Positions 8,684-19,173 are shown, numbered from the stretch's first letter. The stretch is DNA of 64,000 bases from Acidobacteriota bacterium (GCA_016179055.1 JACOSC010000025.1:2214-66213), one strand, 5' to 3'. Notes: a model not told the origin generated them from the letters alone. Program-made: numbers and translations.

Positions 8684-9820
8684 ATGGCAGAAGAATGGGA
8701 GAAGGCAATGGAGCGTTGGTTGAAAGCCAACCTCATTGACGCCGCCACCGCTGCACGCATACGCGCTTTTGAGAGTGGCGAAAAGCAATCGCAGGGGCTA
8801 CGGTGGCCGGTAATTCTGGCCCTGGCCTTAGGCGGCTTGATGCTGGGAGCCGGGGTGTTGCTCTTTGTGGCCGCGCATTGGGATAAGCTTTCACCCACTC
8901 AGCGGTTTACTTTAGTGCTGTTTATGGTGTCGGCATTCCACGTAGCAGGTGCGCTGACGGTGGAACGCTTCGAAAATTTGGCTGTCACGTTGCACGCCCT
9001 GGGCACGGTAGCGCTCGGGGCCGGAATATTTTTATCCGGACAAATTTTCAATTTGCAGGAACACTGGCCCGGCGGGTTGATGCTATGGGCTTTGGGCGCA
9101 TGGATTGGATGGGGTATGCGCCGAGATTGGGTGCAAGCTACACTGGTGGCCTTGCTGACGCCCGCCTGGTTGATTGGAGAATGGATCGTCGTCACGGAGC
9201 GTCTGCGAGGCGGGTATCGCATCCTTCTTGTAGGAACGCTGCTCCTTTCGTTCTCCTATCTCACGGCGCGCACCGCGGCAAGAGATAGCCTGGTGCGACG
9301 AGCGCTGATGTGGATCGGTGGTCTGGCTCTGATTCCCAGCACGGTGATGCTGGCGGAGCTGGCGTGGGAGCGTCCTTGGCAAGTATCAAATCTTCCCTTG
9401 CCAATGACGATTCTGGGATGGACGGCCGCCTTAGGCCTCCCCTTGCTGGTTGCCCTATTGGCACGCGGAAGCGCCGCCGGGCTAAATCTTCTGGCTGCGT
9501 TGTGGGTACTGGTCTTGGGGCTCCTGGGTCAGTGGGCCGCCGAGCGTGAGGGGATCAGGTTGCTGGTTTATCTGTGGTGCGCCCTCGGCTCGTGCGGATT
9601 GGTGGCATGGGGCGTGACGGAGTCTCGCCGCGAGCGTATTAATTTAGGTGTCGCAGGTTTTGCACTCACAGTACTCTTCTTCTATTTTTCGAGCGTGATG
9701 GACAAACTTGGCCGCGCGGTCAGCTTGATCGGTCTGGGCGCGCTGTTCCTGCTGGGAGGCTGGGTTTTGGAAAAATTGCGCCGGCAACTGGTAGCTATGG
9801 TAAGGGGGAGACAAGTATGA
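8684..9820 (+). CDS. DUF2157-family integral membrane protein
   Basis: RWLKANLID, GVLLFVAAHW and GQIFNL motifs; about 10 hydrophobic segments. Confidence 0.8.
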   Translation: MAEEWEKAMERWLKANLIDAATAARIRAFESGEKQSQGLRWPVILALALGGLMLGAGVLLFVAAHWDKLSPTQRFTLVLFMVSAFHVAGALTVERFENLAVTLHALGTVALGAGIFLSGQIFNLQEHWPGGLMLWALGAWIGWGMRRDWVQATLVALLTPAWLIGEWIVVTERLRGGYRILLVGTLLLSFSYLTARTAARDSLVRRALMWIGGLALIPSTVMLAELAWERPWQVSNLPLPMTILGWTAALGLPLLVALLARGSAAGLNLLAALWVLVLGLLGQWAAEREGIRLLVYLWCALGSCGLVAWGVTESRRERINLGVAGFALTVLFFYFSSVMDKLGRAVSLIGLGALFLLGGWVLEKLRRQLVAMVRGRQV

Positions 9821-10323
9821 GACCACTATACAAAGGACTAATATTAGCGCTGATCCACATTCTCCTGGTTTCAAGTCTTGGAGGCAAATTGCTCATCGAC
9901 CGTAGCAGACTGCCGAGAATCTGGATTCCTACGGCGCCGGTGGATCCGGAATTGCCCATACGAGGCCGCTATATTCGCTTGCTAGTCGAGGCCGATGCTT
10001 CTCGCCTGGCGGTAAAAGTGGCTACCTCCGCGAAGACCTGGGTCCATGTGAATTTCCAGGCGGAAAATGGGAAGCTCCTTGCGCTGCCTGCTACAGCGAG
10101 TGACGGTGTAGCGGCTTACTTAACGGGCTCGGGCGCCGCGGCAAGAATTCAAACCGTCGATCCCATGGCATGTTTTATTCCGGAGCATGTGCCCGATCCG
10201 TCTCGGCGGGCGCCCGATGAGGAGTTATGGGTTGAGGTTACTGTGCCGCACAAAGGCCCACCGCGGCCCATACGTATCGGTGTAAAGAAGGCCGGCGTTC
10301 TAACTCCACTGGAATTAAACTGA
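9817..10323 (+). CDS. GDYXXLXY-family membrane-anchored protein
   Basis: APVDPELPIRGRYIRL motif; ATGA overlap with the DUF2157 gene, its usual partner. Confidence 0.75.
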   Translation: MRPLYKGLILALIHILLVSSLGGKLLIDRSRLPRIWIPTAPVDPELPIRGRYIRLLVEADASRLAVKVATSAKTWVHVNFQAENGKLLALPATASDGVAAYLTGSGAAARIQTVDPMACFIPEHVPDPSRRAPDEELWVEVTVPHKGPPRPIRIGVKKAGVLTPLELN

Positions 10324-10439
10324 GCGTACAATTTCTAGGATTTCACAATTTTTTCATTTGACCCGGACGTCGGCTAAAGAAACCCCTCGTTTACCGCCTG
10401 GCCCAGCATTATGGCTGCATGCCTTCACTCGCCCGTGCA

Positions 10440-10515
10440 GTCTAACGTCGTGCTCTGCCGCGCGCGCTATTCGATCTCCTTCTCGGCGCGCGTCGCCAGA
10501 AGCGAGTAGTTGGGT
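10440..10515 (-). other. attC-like integron recombination site
   Basis: Minus strand ACCCAAC...GTTAGAC, imperfect palindrome with a left-arm CGAC bulge. Confidence 0.6.
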
Positions 10516-10519
10516 GGTT

Positions 10520-10577
10520 TTATACCGGTCGCGTTCACCTGCGCGCGGAGCGCGTCAAGTGCAACGCGTTGTCAGCC
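10520..10577 (-). other. Degenerate attC-like site immediately after hepT
   Basis: Minus strand GGCTGAC AACGCGTTGCACTTGACGCGCTCCGCGCGCAGGTGAACGCGACC GGTATAA; both R boxes mutated. Confidence 0.45.
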
Positions 10578-10581
10578 GCCA

Positions 10582-10926
10582 TTATTCTGTTGTATCTTCT
10601 ATCGTTTCAAGCTGCGAGGCTACTTGAGGTAATTCAACAGTGGCAATTTGCCAGATGATATCAAGGTTAATGCCAAAGTAATGGTGGATTAGTCGATCGC
10701 GGGCTCCGGCCATGCTCCTCCAGGGGACAGATGGATACTTGGCACGGAGTTCATCCGATAGGTTCTTGGCGGCCTCCCCAAGAATTTCCAGATTGCGAAC
10801 GACAGCATCCTGAGTTTTGGGGTCGGTTACAAACGACTCATACGTCATTCCGGCCACATAGGCCTTGATGCGCTGAAGGGCCTCGCCGATGTCGATAAGA
10901 AATTCTTGGTCGGTCCGCTTAGACAT
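10582..10926 (-). CDS. hepT: HepT-like HEPN RNase toxin (DUF86)
   Basis: DAVVRNLEILGEAAK and RDRLIHHY (RX4HXY). Confidence 0.9.
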   Translation of the reverse strand: MSKRTDQEFLIDIGEALQRIKAYVAGMTYESFVTDPKTQDAVVRNLEILGEAAKNLSDELRAKYPSVPWRSMAGARDRLIHHYFGINLDIIWQIATVELPQVASQLETIEDTTE

Positions 10927-11221
10927 ACACAATGCTTTGAGAAATACTGCGAGCGACCCGTTCGACGCGGATGTTTTGAATCCCGGCTGGCGTGAGCACA
11001 TCTACCTTGCGGCCCAGCAAGTTTTCCAGATAGTCAACGAGTTCAATAAAGCGAAATCCAATTGGGCGCTCAAACTCGACGATAAGATCAATATCACTGG
11101 CATCGGTTGAATGTCCTTTGGCATATGAGCCAAACAAGCCAATCTTACTAACGCCGAACTCTGCGGCAAGATAAGGATGCTTTTCTTGAAGTAACCTGAC
11201 AGCTTTCTCTCTGGTCAGCAT
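10919..11221 (-). CDS. mntA: MntA-like minimal nucleotidyltransferase antitoxin
   Basis: GLFGSYAKG..SDIDLIV; overlaps hepT. Confidence 0.9.
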   Translation of the reverse strand: MLTREKAVRLLQEKHPYLAAEFGVSKIGLFGSYAKGHSTDASDIDLIVEFERPIGFRFIELVDYLENLLGRKVDVLTPAGIQNIRVERVARSISQSIVYV

Positions 11222-11330
11222 GACTACCTCTGCTAAAGTATACCTGATAATGATTGTGATGGCTAATGCCCGCTATATGGCTGCACTTCCAATGGAGCCA
11301 CCAATTTGACCAGGGTTTTGGAAGTATCGC

Positions 11331-11531
11331 CTAGCCTCGATTTCCACGTAAGTAATTTACGTAAGCGCCAGGCCCGTTTGGTGGTTTCGGCGCCAGGCTT
11401 ACCACCTCTCGTTCGCTTTGCTTCTCCTTTTCTTTTAGATCACGATAAACCGCCTCCAAGTCATAATCAAACTGCGCGGCATATTCCTCACGGACTTTCC
11501 TTGTTTCCTCGACGATAGTGTCTTTCCACAT
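11331..11531 (-). CDS. Small protein, probable partner of the upstream PIN gene
   Basis: 66 aa, MWKDTIVEETRKVREEYAAQFDYDL; 3 bp after the PIN stop. Confidence 0.55.
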   Translation of the reverse strand: MWKDTIVEETRKVREEYAAQFDYDLEAVYRDLKEKEKQSEREVVSLAPKPPNGPGAYVNYLRGNRG

Positions 11532-11534
11532 AGG

Positions 11535-12009
11535 TTAAGCTCCCATTAGTTCTTCGGGTGTACAAATGGCTGGCGGCGCATACCCGCTGACCAGACCTAG
11601 GGCGGCTATGGCCGGCTGCCTCTCTGCATTAGCAATATGTTTGCAATTCCCAGTAAGCAAGTAATCCGTACCGTGGACGGTCGCTATAGCAATGTGTAAG
11701 GCGTCTACCCCGGCCTTCTCCGGCAACGGTCCCTTGGTTACCATCGCACGCGCCAATTCCAGAGCCGCCGCGTTCAATTCAAGCAGAGGCATCGGAGCCA
11801 GAACCTGCAATCGGGTTTTGTGCCGCCTGTTGATCTCCCACACTGGATTCTTGGATGACGAGTTGTGAGATGAATAAATCGAAATCTGTACGACGGTTTT
11901 GCCGCTAGTCCTGCGTGAGCTGTTGATGAGCCGCGATAATTAGATCTCTGCTAGGTCGCGCCGTTTGGTAGCTTACAATGGTTGTTTCTATATAAACTTT
12001 CGGCTTCAT
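11535..12009 (-). pseudogene. PIN/VapC-like toxin pseudogene
   Basis: MKPKVYIETTIVSY start; in-frame TAG at 11905-11907; frameshift near 11815; C-terminal DALHIAIA..DYLLTGNCKHIAN in another frame. Confidence 0.8.
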
Positions 12010-12376
12010 AAAACTAACGTGCAATAGAGGCTCAAACAGAAAGTTTAGCATAAAGGCTGATGCAATACTGTCACTAATTGCTCAGCATCTTTCTGTTCAG
12101 TAGCTATTCCGTCCTTTGAGTGAGCCCGAGAGCAGTACCGGTGTGCACGTGAGCTTTTTCCTCCCCGGCCGGCTAGGCCGGGCTCCTTCAGTCCGGCGGC
12201 CACAGTGTGAAAATTGTTTCACAGGAATAGGAAACAAATTGCATATAATTCCTCAACCGATGTGGTTACTGTGGCGGTTACCTTGGCCGTCGGCAATGGA
12301 AAAAGCACTGATTTTTTATTTAAAGCCGTAGGAAATTGCGGTTTAGGTCATTTACCGGCTGAGCTCTCTGGAGCTT

Positions 12377-12392
12377 GGGCACGACGCTTGCA
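12377..12392 (+). promoter_or_regulatory. Putative sigma54 -24/-12 promoter
   Basis: GGGCACGACGCTTGCA (GG-N10-GC); TGTGA-N8-TCACA palindrome at 12206-12223 upstream. Confidence 0.45.
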
Positions 12393-12654
12393 ATATACCA
12401 GGCATGAATGCCCGAAAGAAAAATAAAGCAGAGGAAAAAGAGACGTGGCCGGCGCCAATCACCGGCGCCAGCCGCCGAAATTCGAAGCGAAGATAAAGGA
12501 GGCAGGGCATGTTTTGTTATAGAGTCACTCTCCATGGAATTCACTACGCGGCCTCCCCCTCTGCCTGGCTTACCAACGCATGATTTCCAGTGCGGGCGGC
12601 TACCCCCCTCAGGCCGCTCGCACACCCGAAAAATTGCAACGGCGGCCTATAATG

Positions 12655-12734
12655 CACCACAGAGACACCGAGGCCACCGAGAAGCCAACAATATGAAGGC
12701 CTTTTCCCTCTGAGAACTCTGTGCCTCTGTGGTG
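12655..12734. repeat. REP-like palindrome
   Basis: CACCACAGAGACACCGAG ... CTCTGTGCCTCTGTGGTG. Confidence 0.6.
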
Positions 12735-13103
12735 AGAAGAGAGAGGCCGTGTTGAAGGGATTTGTAAACGTCAAATACCCGCATGAATAAAGGGCGAACT
12801 CCGACCTCAAATCAATATCACAATCATTAGCCCCAGCATCGTCCTCGGAAACCCCGCCTACGCAGCGAGAGAGAGGAAGCGACCTACAGGCTTTCAGATC
12901 ATGTCCCGGGCTACGGATAAAAAAAGTACCTACGGGCTTTCTGCTTGTCGTGGTTTTATATCATCGAATTTGAGTTTAATTTCTTGACGCTTGATGAAGT
13001 CGTGTAGGCCGGGTATTATGTTAGCGGTGCGGCCGTTGTTCATTGATTCACGGCGACGATAAGCGTGACTGTTGATTAGCGATTTCAAACATAGGTGATT
13101 GTC

Positions 13104-13949
13104 ATGAAAATTGCGATTCTAGGCGCCGGGGACTTAGGGGCGACTATAGCCCGCAAATTAGCAGAGACGGATCTGTTGCATGAGATTGTTTTATTTGACG
13201 ATGTCGTGGGCGTGGCTCAAGGAAAAGCGCTCGACATTATGGAGTCGGGTCCCATCGTGCGGTTTGACACACATGTTTCTGGCAGCGCCGACATGGAGAC
13301 GCTGAGAGAGGCGACTATACTGGTTAGCGCTAATTATTTTCAACAAGCCGGGGCCGGGCTGGATGAAAATCGGGCGACCGCCTTCTTCAAAGCGCTTAGC
13401 GGGATCGCTAAAAAATCATGCCTTGTGGTTGCTGAAGATTCCGGGGCACATCTCGCGGAGTTGGCCGTGCTTAGAGGCCGCTACTCTCCCCGCGCCGTAA
13501 TTGGGAGTGCGCCTATGGCCTTTGCGGCCGCCGTGCGGGCCGGTTTGGCTCAGGCACTCAAGGCGTCCGCCGGCGAGATTAGCGTACCGCTGTTGGGCCG
13601 CCTGCCCTCGCCGCTTATTGTTCCATGGGCCATGGTTACCGCGTGTGCTGTACCGGTCGATCGATTGCTGCATGTGTCGGCGACGAGAAAATTATCAAAC
13701 CGGTTGCTGCAGGGGTGGCGCCTCGGTCCCTGTACCTTAGGCTATGCCGCGGCGGCCTTGGTATGCGATATGGTGCTCGATCGCGTTAGTCTACGGCCCG
13801 TTCTGGCTTATCTTATGGGTGAATACCAGCAGCGAAATCAATTCCTGGTCGTCCCGGCCCGCGTCGGCGGCCAAGGCGTCATCGAAATTCCTGAATTAAG
13901 TCTGGACCCTGTGGACCGCGCGGCCTTCGAGCGCGCTCGCCACGGCTAA
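13104..13949 (+). CDS. Malate/lactate dehydrogenase-fold protein, catalytic motifs missing
   Basis: GAGDLG and AQGKALDIMESGPI match MDH; RKPGMSR, NPxD and GxHG not found. Confidence 0.75.
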   Translation: MKIAILGAGDLGATIARKLAETDLLHEIVLFDDVVGVAQGKALDIMESGPIVRFDTHVSGSADMETLREATILVSANYFQQAGAGLDENRATAFFKALSGIAKKSCLVVAEDSGAHLAELAVLRGRYSPRAVIGSAPMAFAAAVRAGLAQALKASAGEISVPLLGRLPSPLIVPWAMVTACAVPVDRLLHVSATRKLSNRLLQGWRLGPCTLGYAAAALVCDMVLDRVSLRPVLAYLMGEYQQRNQFLVVPARVGGQGVIEIPELSLDPVDRAAFERARHG

Positions 13950-14321
13950 CAGGCTGCCGTACAGCCGACTGCTGGAAAGAGAGGCCAAGTACCTACAGGG
14001 CGCTACTCTCGAGTCCAATGTCGCGCATCTCGGTTTTTTGGCTTCAGAACAGAAGCCTATAGAGAGCGACCTGGGCCAGTCTTGAGGGGATCGTGTACCT
14101 CATCGCAGACACCTAAGCCAGCCAGGGTTTTAATGTTTCGGCCGCAGACCACAACGGTTACGAGAAGCGGAGCAAAATGTCCAAGAATGCAAGGGCTCTC
14201 TGCTCGGATCAGCCCGCACTTCCGTACTGCCCCGCATTATTATTGGGGTTTTAAATGATTACCTACCGGTTTTTTCCGTTTTCGGTGGAAGATACGCAGG
14301 GTAAGCGTCTGAGCCCCTGCG

Positions 14322-16214
14322 CTACTCCGGCGCGGGGCGATTCTCTAAGCCCTGGCGGGTTGTGGCATCACGGTCAGCCGCTGCCCATATGAGCTGTTCC
14401 AAGCTAAATCCCAGTTTGCCATTTTCTTCATTTTCATACGGAGTGCCGGCCGGATCGAACGTTTGATCGGTATTGATTTCCAGCGACGACCACGCGTCCA
14501 CTTCGAGGTCCTGGCCGGGAATCAAGAACGTTTTTATAAACGTATGAGTCTCTTGGCGGAACTCCGCCAGCAGGCGGCCGTCCAAATAAAGTGAAATGAG
14601 GGGAGGCTGCTTAAGCTGCTCAATCGGCACAAAAGCCTTAATGGTTAACATCTTATCCGAAGAATTCTTGTTCTTCAAAAAACAATAACTCTTATTGCCG
14701 GTCCATAGAAACGTACGAAAGTACCCGCGATCAAAATCCAAGAAGGCAATGTCAGCCGTACTAATCCACACCGTTTGGTAATGGGAAGCTGTACTGCGTG
14801 CGATTCCGAGCAGACGAAAAGCCTCGGATTCCCTGCTAAAGCCAAGCGCCCAGGTGTAATTTAGCTCGGGATAATGATGGGACAAGATGACGGCATTCAT
14901 GCCTGGCTGGGGCAGAGTGTGCTCGCCGGCGGAAGGAATTAGGGACTGGGATGTGTAGTTTTTCAGATACTGTCGAACAAAAGGGAAATACTGCTTATCG
15001 TAAAAAATGGTAACATTTTGTGGAGAGATGTTTTTTTGAATGTACTCTATCGCCTGCACGACCGGCGCTTTCTGTTCTCGAAAAATGCTGACTAGGGGGA
15101 GCGCTTGGACGCTTTCGGTTATTAATAGCAGGGTCATTCCTGTGAGGAACGCCGGGTTTCTCAGATGTCCCAGACGCGAGGACAACTCATTAACGCCGAC
15201 GGCAGTAAAAAAAGCGAATAGGGGAATATATGGTATCGTGTACTTCATGTAATCCAAAGAATTGAAAAGGAAGGCAAAAATAAGAAAAGGGAAAAAACAA
15301 CCGAGGACAATCAGCAGTTCGCGCCACTTTTTCTTGGTAATATAGGATAGCAAGCCCACGGCCGATAGCAAATAACAAATGGCAGCTAAGAATGGAGTAC
15401 CCCATATAGTGAGAAACAGCTCTCGCAAAACCCACCCTCCAAGCCGAAATTCCATGAAAGTCTGCATGGTTAGGCCCCACCTATCCGCTTCTTTGATTTC
15501 GTCCGTATACGTGGTAATTAAATCAGCATACTCCTTTAATCCGCCGGCGCCATAGATCGCCATGGGTATGAGCCAGGCCAAGCAAGTAACGCCTAGGATC
15601 GTGATACCCGTCAAGGCCGCCCAAAAATCCCTTGCTCTTAACTTCCCCCATAAAGGGACCAAAAAAAATACTCCCAAAGCAAGATTGGGGGGTCGCACAC
15701 CCAAGCCCAAGCCCAGAAGAAAACTGCCAAGGTAAAAATAGCGGTTGTCCTTGCTGCGCAGCAGGAAAGCCAGTGCCATAGCAAAAACAAAAAATGCCGT
15801 AGGGTCATTGTAACCGGTCTCTCCCGTTGTCCACACCACCGGATTGAAAAGGTAGACCAAGAGCCCGCCGATAGCTATTTTGGCAGAGGCGGCTTGACGA
15901 AAAATATCGTATAGCGGAAAGACGGCGAGGCTTCCAAAAAGCACGCTCATTAGAACTTGCGCGTCTACTTCATTGCCAAAGAGTTTATAGGATATACGTA
16001 TCAAACAAACCCAAAGGGGGTACCCAATAGGATGAGGGCTATTATTGAAGAGATCGTAATTGTGTATCGCCGATGCATAGAGCAGTTCGTCCCAATCCCA
16101 GAATGAAATCTGACGAAAATATAATCGAATGAAGAAAACCGCGGTGAAAATCAGCAATACAAGCCACGCGGTACGGTTCTGTCGGTTCGGATCCATGAGG
16201 TTGTTCTTGCTCAT
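14322..16214 (-). CDS. GT-C fold (ArnT/PMT-like) membrane glycosyltransferase
   Basis: DWDELLY, PHPIGYP, about 11 TM segments and a C-terminal extracytoplasmic domain; start uncertain (16196-16271). Confidence 0.7.
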   Translation of the reverse strand: MSKNNLMDPNRQNRTAWLVLLIFTAVFFIRLYFRQISFWDWDELLYASAIHNYDLFNNSPHPIGYPLWVCLIRISYKLFGNEVDAQVLMSVLFGSLAVFPLYDIFRQAASAKIAIGGLLVYLFNPVVWTTGETGYNDPTAFFVFAMALAFLLRSKDNRYFYLGSFLLGLGLGVRPPNLALGVFFLVPLWGKLRARDFWAALTGITILGVTCLAWLIPMAIYGAGGLKEYADLITTYTDEIKEADRWGLTMQTFMEFRLGGWVLRELFLTIWGTPFLAAICYLLSAVGLLSYITKKKWRELLIVLGCFFPFLIFAFLFNSLDYMKYTIPYIPLFAFFTAVGVNELSSRLGHLRNPAFLTGMTLLLITESVQALPLVSIFREQKAPVVQAIEYIQKNISPQNVTIFYDKQYFPFVRQYLKNYTSQSLIPSAGEHTLPQPGMNAVILSHHYPELNYTWALGFSRESEAFRLLGIARSTASHYQTVWISTADIAFLDFDRGYFRTFLWTGNKSYCFLKNKNSSDKMLTIKAFVPIEQLKQPPLISLYLDGRLLAEFRQETHTFIKTFLIPGQDLEVDAWSSLEINTDQTFDPAGTPYENEENGKLGFSLEQLIWAAADRDATTRQGLENRPAPE

Positions 16215-16354
16215 GTTAGAAGAAAGCCGTATCCAAACCGGGGCGTTCTTAGCCACCCACAGCTTGACCATCGACCGAAAGACAATTCGGTAATGCCACC
16301 CCTATCGAATTAGCCGACACGCGGCTCGCTCATCCCGCCACTGTGACAAAATAT

Positions 16355-16984
16355 TTAAAACAACTTTCTGGTAAGGACAAAGACCTGATAGTCGCAGAAG
16401 CCGCTGAGTACGGGGAATTGCAAGTCGATTTTAAAATAGCGCTCAATCCACGTGCTGTAAACAGCGGGTGGGCGAATGTGTGCGCCTAAATCGGCCGCAT
16501 GAATGAGCCGACCCGGAAGATTCCACCAAGCGCGGGTAGGTATATCTTCCAATACTAGAACGCGTCCGCCCGGCTTGATCACCCGTTGAATTTCCGTCAT
16601 CGTGGCATCGACCGTGGATTCATCCATGTGGTGAAGCACACCCACGACGAGGATAGCGTCAAAGCGCGCCGATGGAAAGGCCATGGCGCGGCCATCCACT
16701 TGCGTAAACCCACGATCAGGATAGCGGCGGGCGGCATGGCGGAGATGCTGCCAGAAAAAATCCATCCCAATATAACTCTTTGCAGGGATCAGATGACTCA
16801 ATTCGCCGGTGCCACAGCCCATATCGAGTATCTTCGCATCGCCGGCGCACAAACCCGGAGCCGTCAGCAAGTGTTCGCGTATCAGACGTTTTTGCGCGCT
16901 GAAATTATTTTCGACCAGCCGACGCAGGATATTCGAAAAAACCGCGCTCGAACCCAACCAGTTTAATAAATTTCCCAAGGGCAT
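16355..16984 (-). CDS. Class I SAM-dependent methyltransferase
   Basis: ILDMGCGTG, FDAIL..VLHH, RVIKPGG. Confidence 0.88.
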   Translation of the reverse strand: MPLGNLLNWLGSSAVFSNILRRLVENNFSAQKRLIREHLLTAPGLCAGDAKILDMGCGTGELSHLIPAKSYIGMDFFWQHLRHAARRYPDRGFTQVDGRAMAFPSARFDAILVVGVLHHMDESTVDATMTEIQRVIKPGGRVLVLEDIPTRAWWNLPGRLIHAADLGAHIRPPAVYSTWIERYFKIDLQFPVLSGFCDYQVFVLTRKLF

Positions 16985-16999
16985 GATATCGCTCTTCTC

Positions 17000-18124
17000 C
17001 TAACCGGCTCGAAAGCGCAGAATCGTCCGCGCCGCTCGCTCAGCATCACCCAAAGATAGTTCCGGCCAGAGCGGCAGGGAAAGCACTTCATCGGCCGCGC
17101 GCTCGGCGTGCGGCAGGTCGCCGCGCCGATACCCTAAATGTGCATAGGCTTCTTGCAGATGGGCCGGGATGCGGTAGTGGATCTGCGTGTCGATCCCTTC
17201 AGCGGCGAGAAAGTCCCGCAGCGCGTCGCGCGCGGCCGTCCGTACAACGTAAAGGTGATTGACGCTCCGGCCATAGGGCATTTCTGTCGGCGACGACACG
17301 ATACGGCTATCCTTTAACAGTGCGGTATAGAGGGCAGCGCGCTGGCGCCGAGCGGCATTGTCGGAATCGAGATGCCGCAATTTTACACGAAGCACCGCCG
17401 CCTGAATCTCATCCAGTCGGCTGTTGAGCCCAACAATAGGGTGATGATAGTAGTCACTGCGGCCGCCATTGCGCAGCAAACGCGCCCGCTCGGCGACGGC
17501 AGCGTCGTTGACGGTAACCATACCGCCGTCGCCAAACGCTCCCAGGTTCTTGGTCGGGTAAAAACTGAACGCGGCCGCGTCGCCAATGCTGCCGACGCGC
17601 CGATCTCCGTATGTAGCGCCATGCGCCTGCGCGCAGTCCTCAACCAGCTTAAGCCGACGAGCGCGGGTTAGCTCCAGCAACGGGGTAAGGTCGGCCGCCT
17701 GACCATACAGATGCACGGGTAATACGGCTCTAGTGCGCGGAGTGATCTTTGCGGCCACGGCTTCAGGGTCTATATTAAAGGAGGTTGGGTTGATGTCGGC
17801 GAAAACCGGCGTGGCGCCCGTGGCGCTGATGCCCAGCACCGTGAACAGGGCCGTGTGCGGGCTCGTGATAACTTCATCACCATGACCCACTCCCACGGAC
17901 TGCAAGGCGATCTGGATGGCCTCGGTGCCATTGCCGCAGCCGATGGCATGCGCCACCCCAATATAGGCCGCAAATTCCTGTTCAAACTGTTCGCCCTCCT
18001 GGCCTAATATGAACCAAGAACGCTCCAATACCCCGGCTATGGCCGAATCGAATTCTGCCTTATGACGCACATATTGCTCTTGAGTGCTGCTCTGCGGGAT
18101 ACGCGCCGAGTTATTTGTCTGCAA
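17000..18124 (-). CDS. DegT/DnrJ/EryC1/StrS PLP sugar aminotransferase
   Basis: EDCAQAHG and FSFYPTKNLGAFGDGG; probable TTG start after GAGGAG. Confidence 0.9.
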   Translation of the reverse strand: MQTNNSARIPQSSTQEQYVRHKAEFDSAIAGVLERSWFILGQEGEQFEQEFAAYIGVAHAIGCGNGTEAIQIALQSVGVGHGDEVITSPHTALFTVLGISATGATPVFADINPTSFNIDPEAVAAKITPRTRAVLPVHLYGQAADLTPLLELTRARRLKLVEDCAQAHGATYGDRRVGSIGDAAAFSFYPTKNLGAFGDGGMVTVNDAAVAERARLLRNGGRSDYYHHPIVGLNSRLDEIQAAVLRVKLRHLDSDNAARRQRAALYTALLKDSRIVSSPTEMPYGRSVNHLYVVRTAARDALRDFLAAEGIDTQIHYRIPAHLQEAYAHLGYRRGDLPHAERAADEVLSLPLWPELSLGDAERAARTILRFRAG

Positions 18125-19142
18125 GATTCTTCTCCTCATTCCAATAGTGAGCATGGTGCTCGCGGTAGTAAGCGACCATACGTGTGAGGCCTTCGCGGAG
18201 AGGCACGCGCGGCTGCCAACTGAGTTCCTTACTGATCTTGCCATAGTTGCCGTAATAAGCGCCAATGTCAATCCGCTTGCGGTCGTCGGGCCATGGATGC
18301 AAAATATAACCACCGGGACTTTGTGTAATCTCGACCAGCAACTCGACAAATTGCCGCAGGGTCACCGGGTCATTTCCCAGGTTATAGATTTGGCCATTGG
18401 CGACATCGCCGGCGCCAACCATCAGGAAAGCCTCGACCACATCATCGACGTAATTCAAGTCGCGAATCTGCTCCCCGTCCCCCCACAGCGGAATGGGACG
18501 CCCCTCGATAGCCAGGCGGACAAACCAACTGATGAAACCCATGCGCTCATCTTTCATCCACTGTCGCGGGCCATAAGTGTTGGTCAGGCGCAGTGACGTC
18601 GCGCGCAAGCCATACACATTGTTGTAAAGAATGTGATACCATTCGCCTGCCATCTTGTTGATGCCGTTCACATCTGTGGGATGCATCAGATGTCGCTCAT
18701 CGACCGGCAAATAATCGGCTTTGCCATATTGTTGTCGAGTTCCGGCAAATATGATCTTAACGCCGGGATTATAGTGACGGCAGGCTTCCAAAATTACTAC
18801 CTGGCTGCGGCAATTGATTTCCAGGTCCGTATAGGGATCAATCATGCTGTCGCGATGGCTAACTTGTCCCGCCAAATTAAAAATGATGTCCTGCCCCTGC
18901 ACAAGATAGTTCATCGTAGGGGCCGTACGAATATCGGCGACATTAACGCGGACGCGCGCGGAGTAGCCATCGAGGTTCAGATTAAAAAGATTGCCGCCAT
19001 AAACCGGAATTAATGAGTCTACTACCAGCACATCGGCGCCCAGATCGGCCAACCGCCGGGCGAGGTTACTGCCGATAAAACCTAGACCACCGGTGACCAT
19101 CACGCGGCGCCCCCGGTAAGCTTCCCTATAGTCTACTTCCAT
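18111..19142 (-). CDS. NAD-dependent sugar epimerase/dehydratase
   Basis: TGGLGFIG, NGINK (Asn in place of the YxxxK Tyr), RLTNTYGP. Confidence 0.88.
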   Translation of the reverse strand: MEVDYREAYRGRRVMVTGGLGFIGSNLARRLADLGADVLVVDSLIPVYGGNLFNLNLDGYSARVRVNVADIRTAPTMNYLVQGQDIIFNLAGQVSHRDSMIDPYTDLEINCRSQVVILEACRHYNPGVKIIFAGTRQQYGKADYLPVDERHLMHPTDVNGINKMAGEWYHILYNNVYGLRATSLRLTNTYGPRQWMKDERMGFISWFVRLAIEGRPIPLWGDGEQIRDLNYVDDVVEAFLMVGAGDVANGQIYNLGNDPVTLRQFVELLVEITQSPGGYILHPWPDDRKRIDIGAYYGNYGKISKELSWQPRVPLREGLTRMVAYYREHHAHYWNEEKNLADK

Positions 19143-19173
19143 GAGCTGTCCCAAATAATCTCCTCTAAAAAAA

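Noticed and set aside
12790-12950. Structured RNA with repeated CCTAC(A/G)GGCTTTC
   Set aside because: Only two short copies and no recognisable RNA family.
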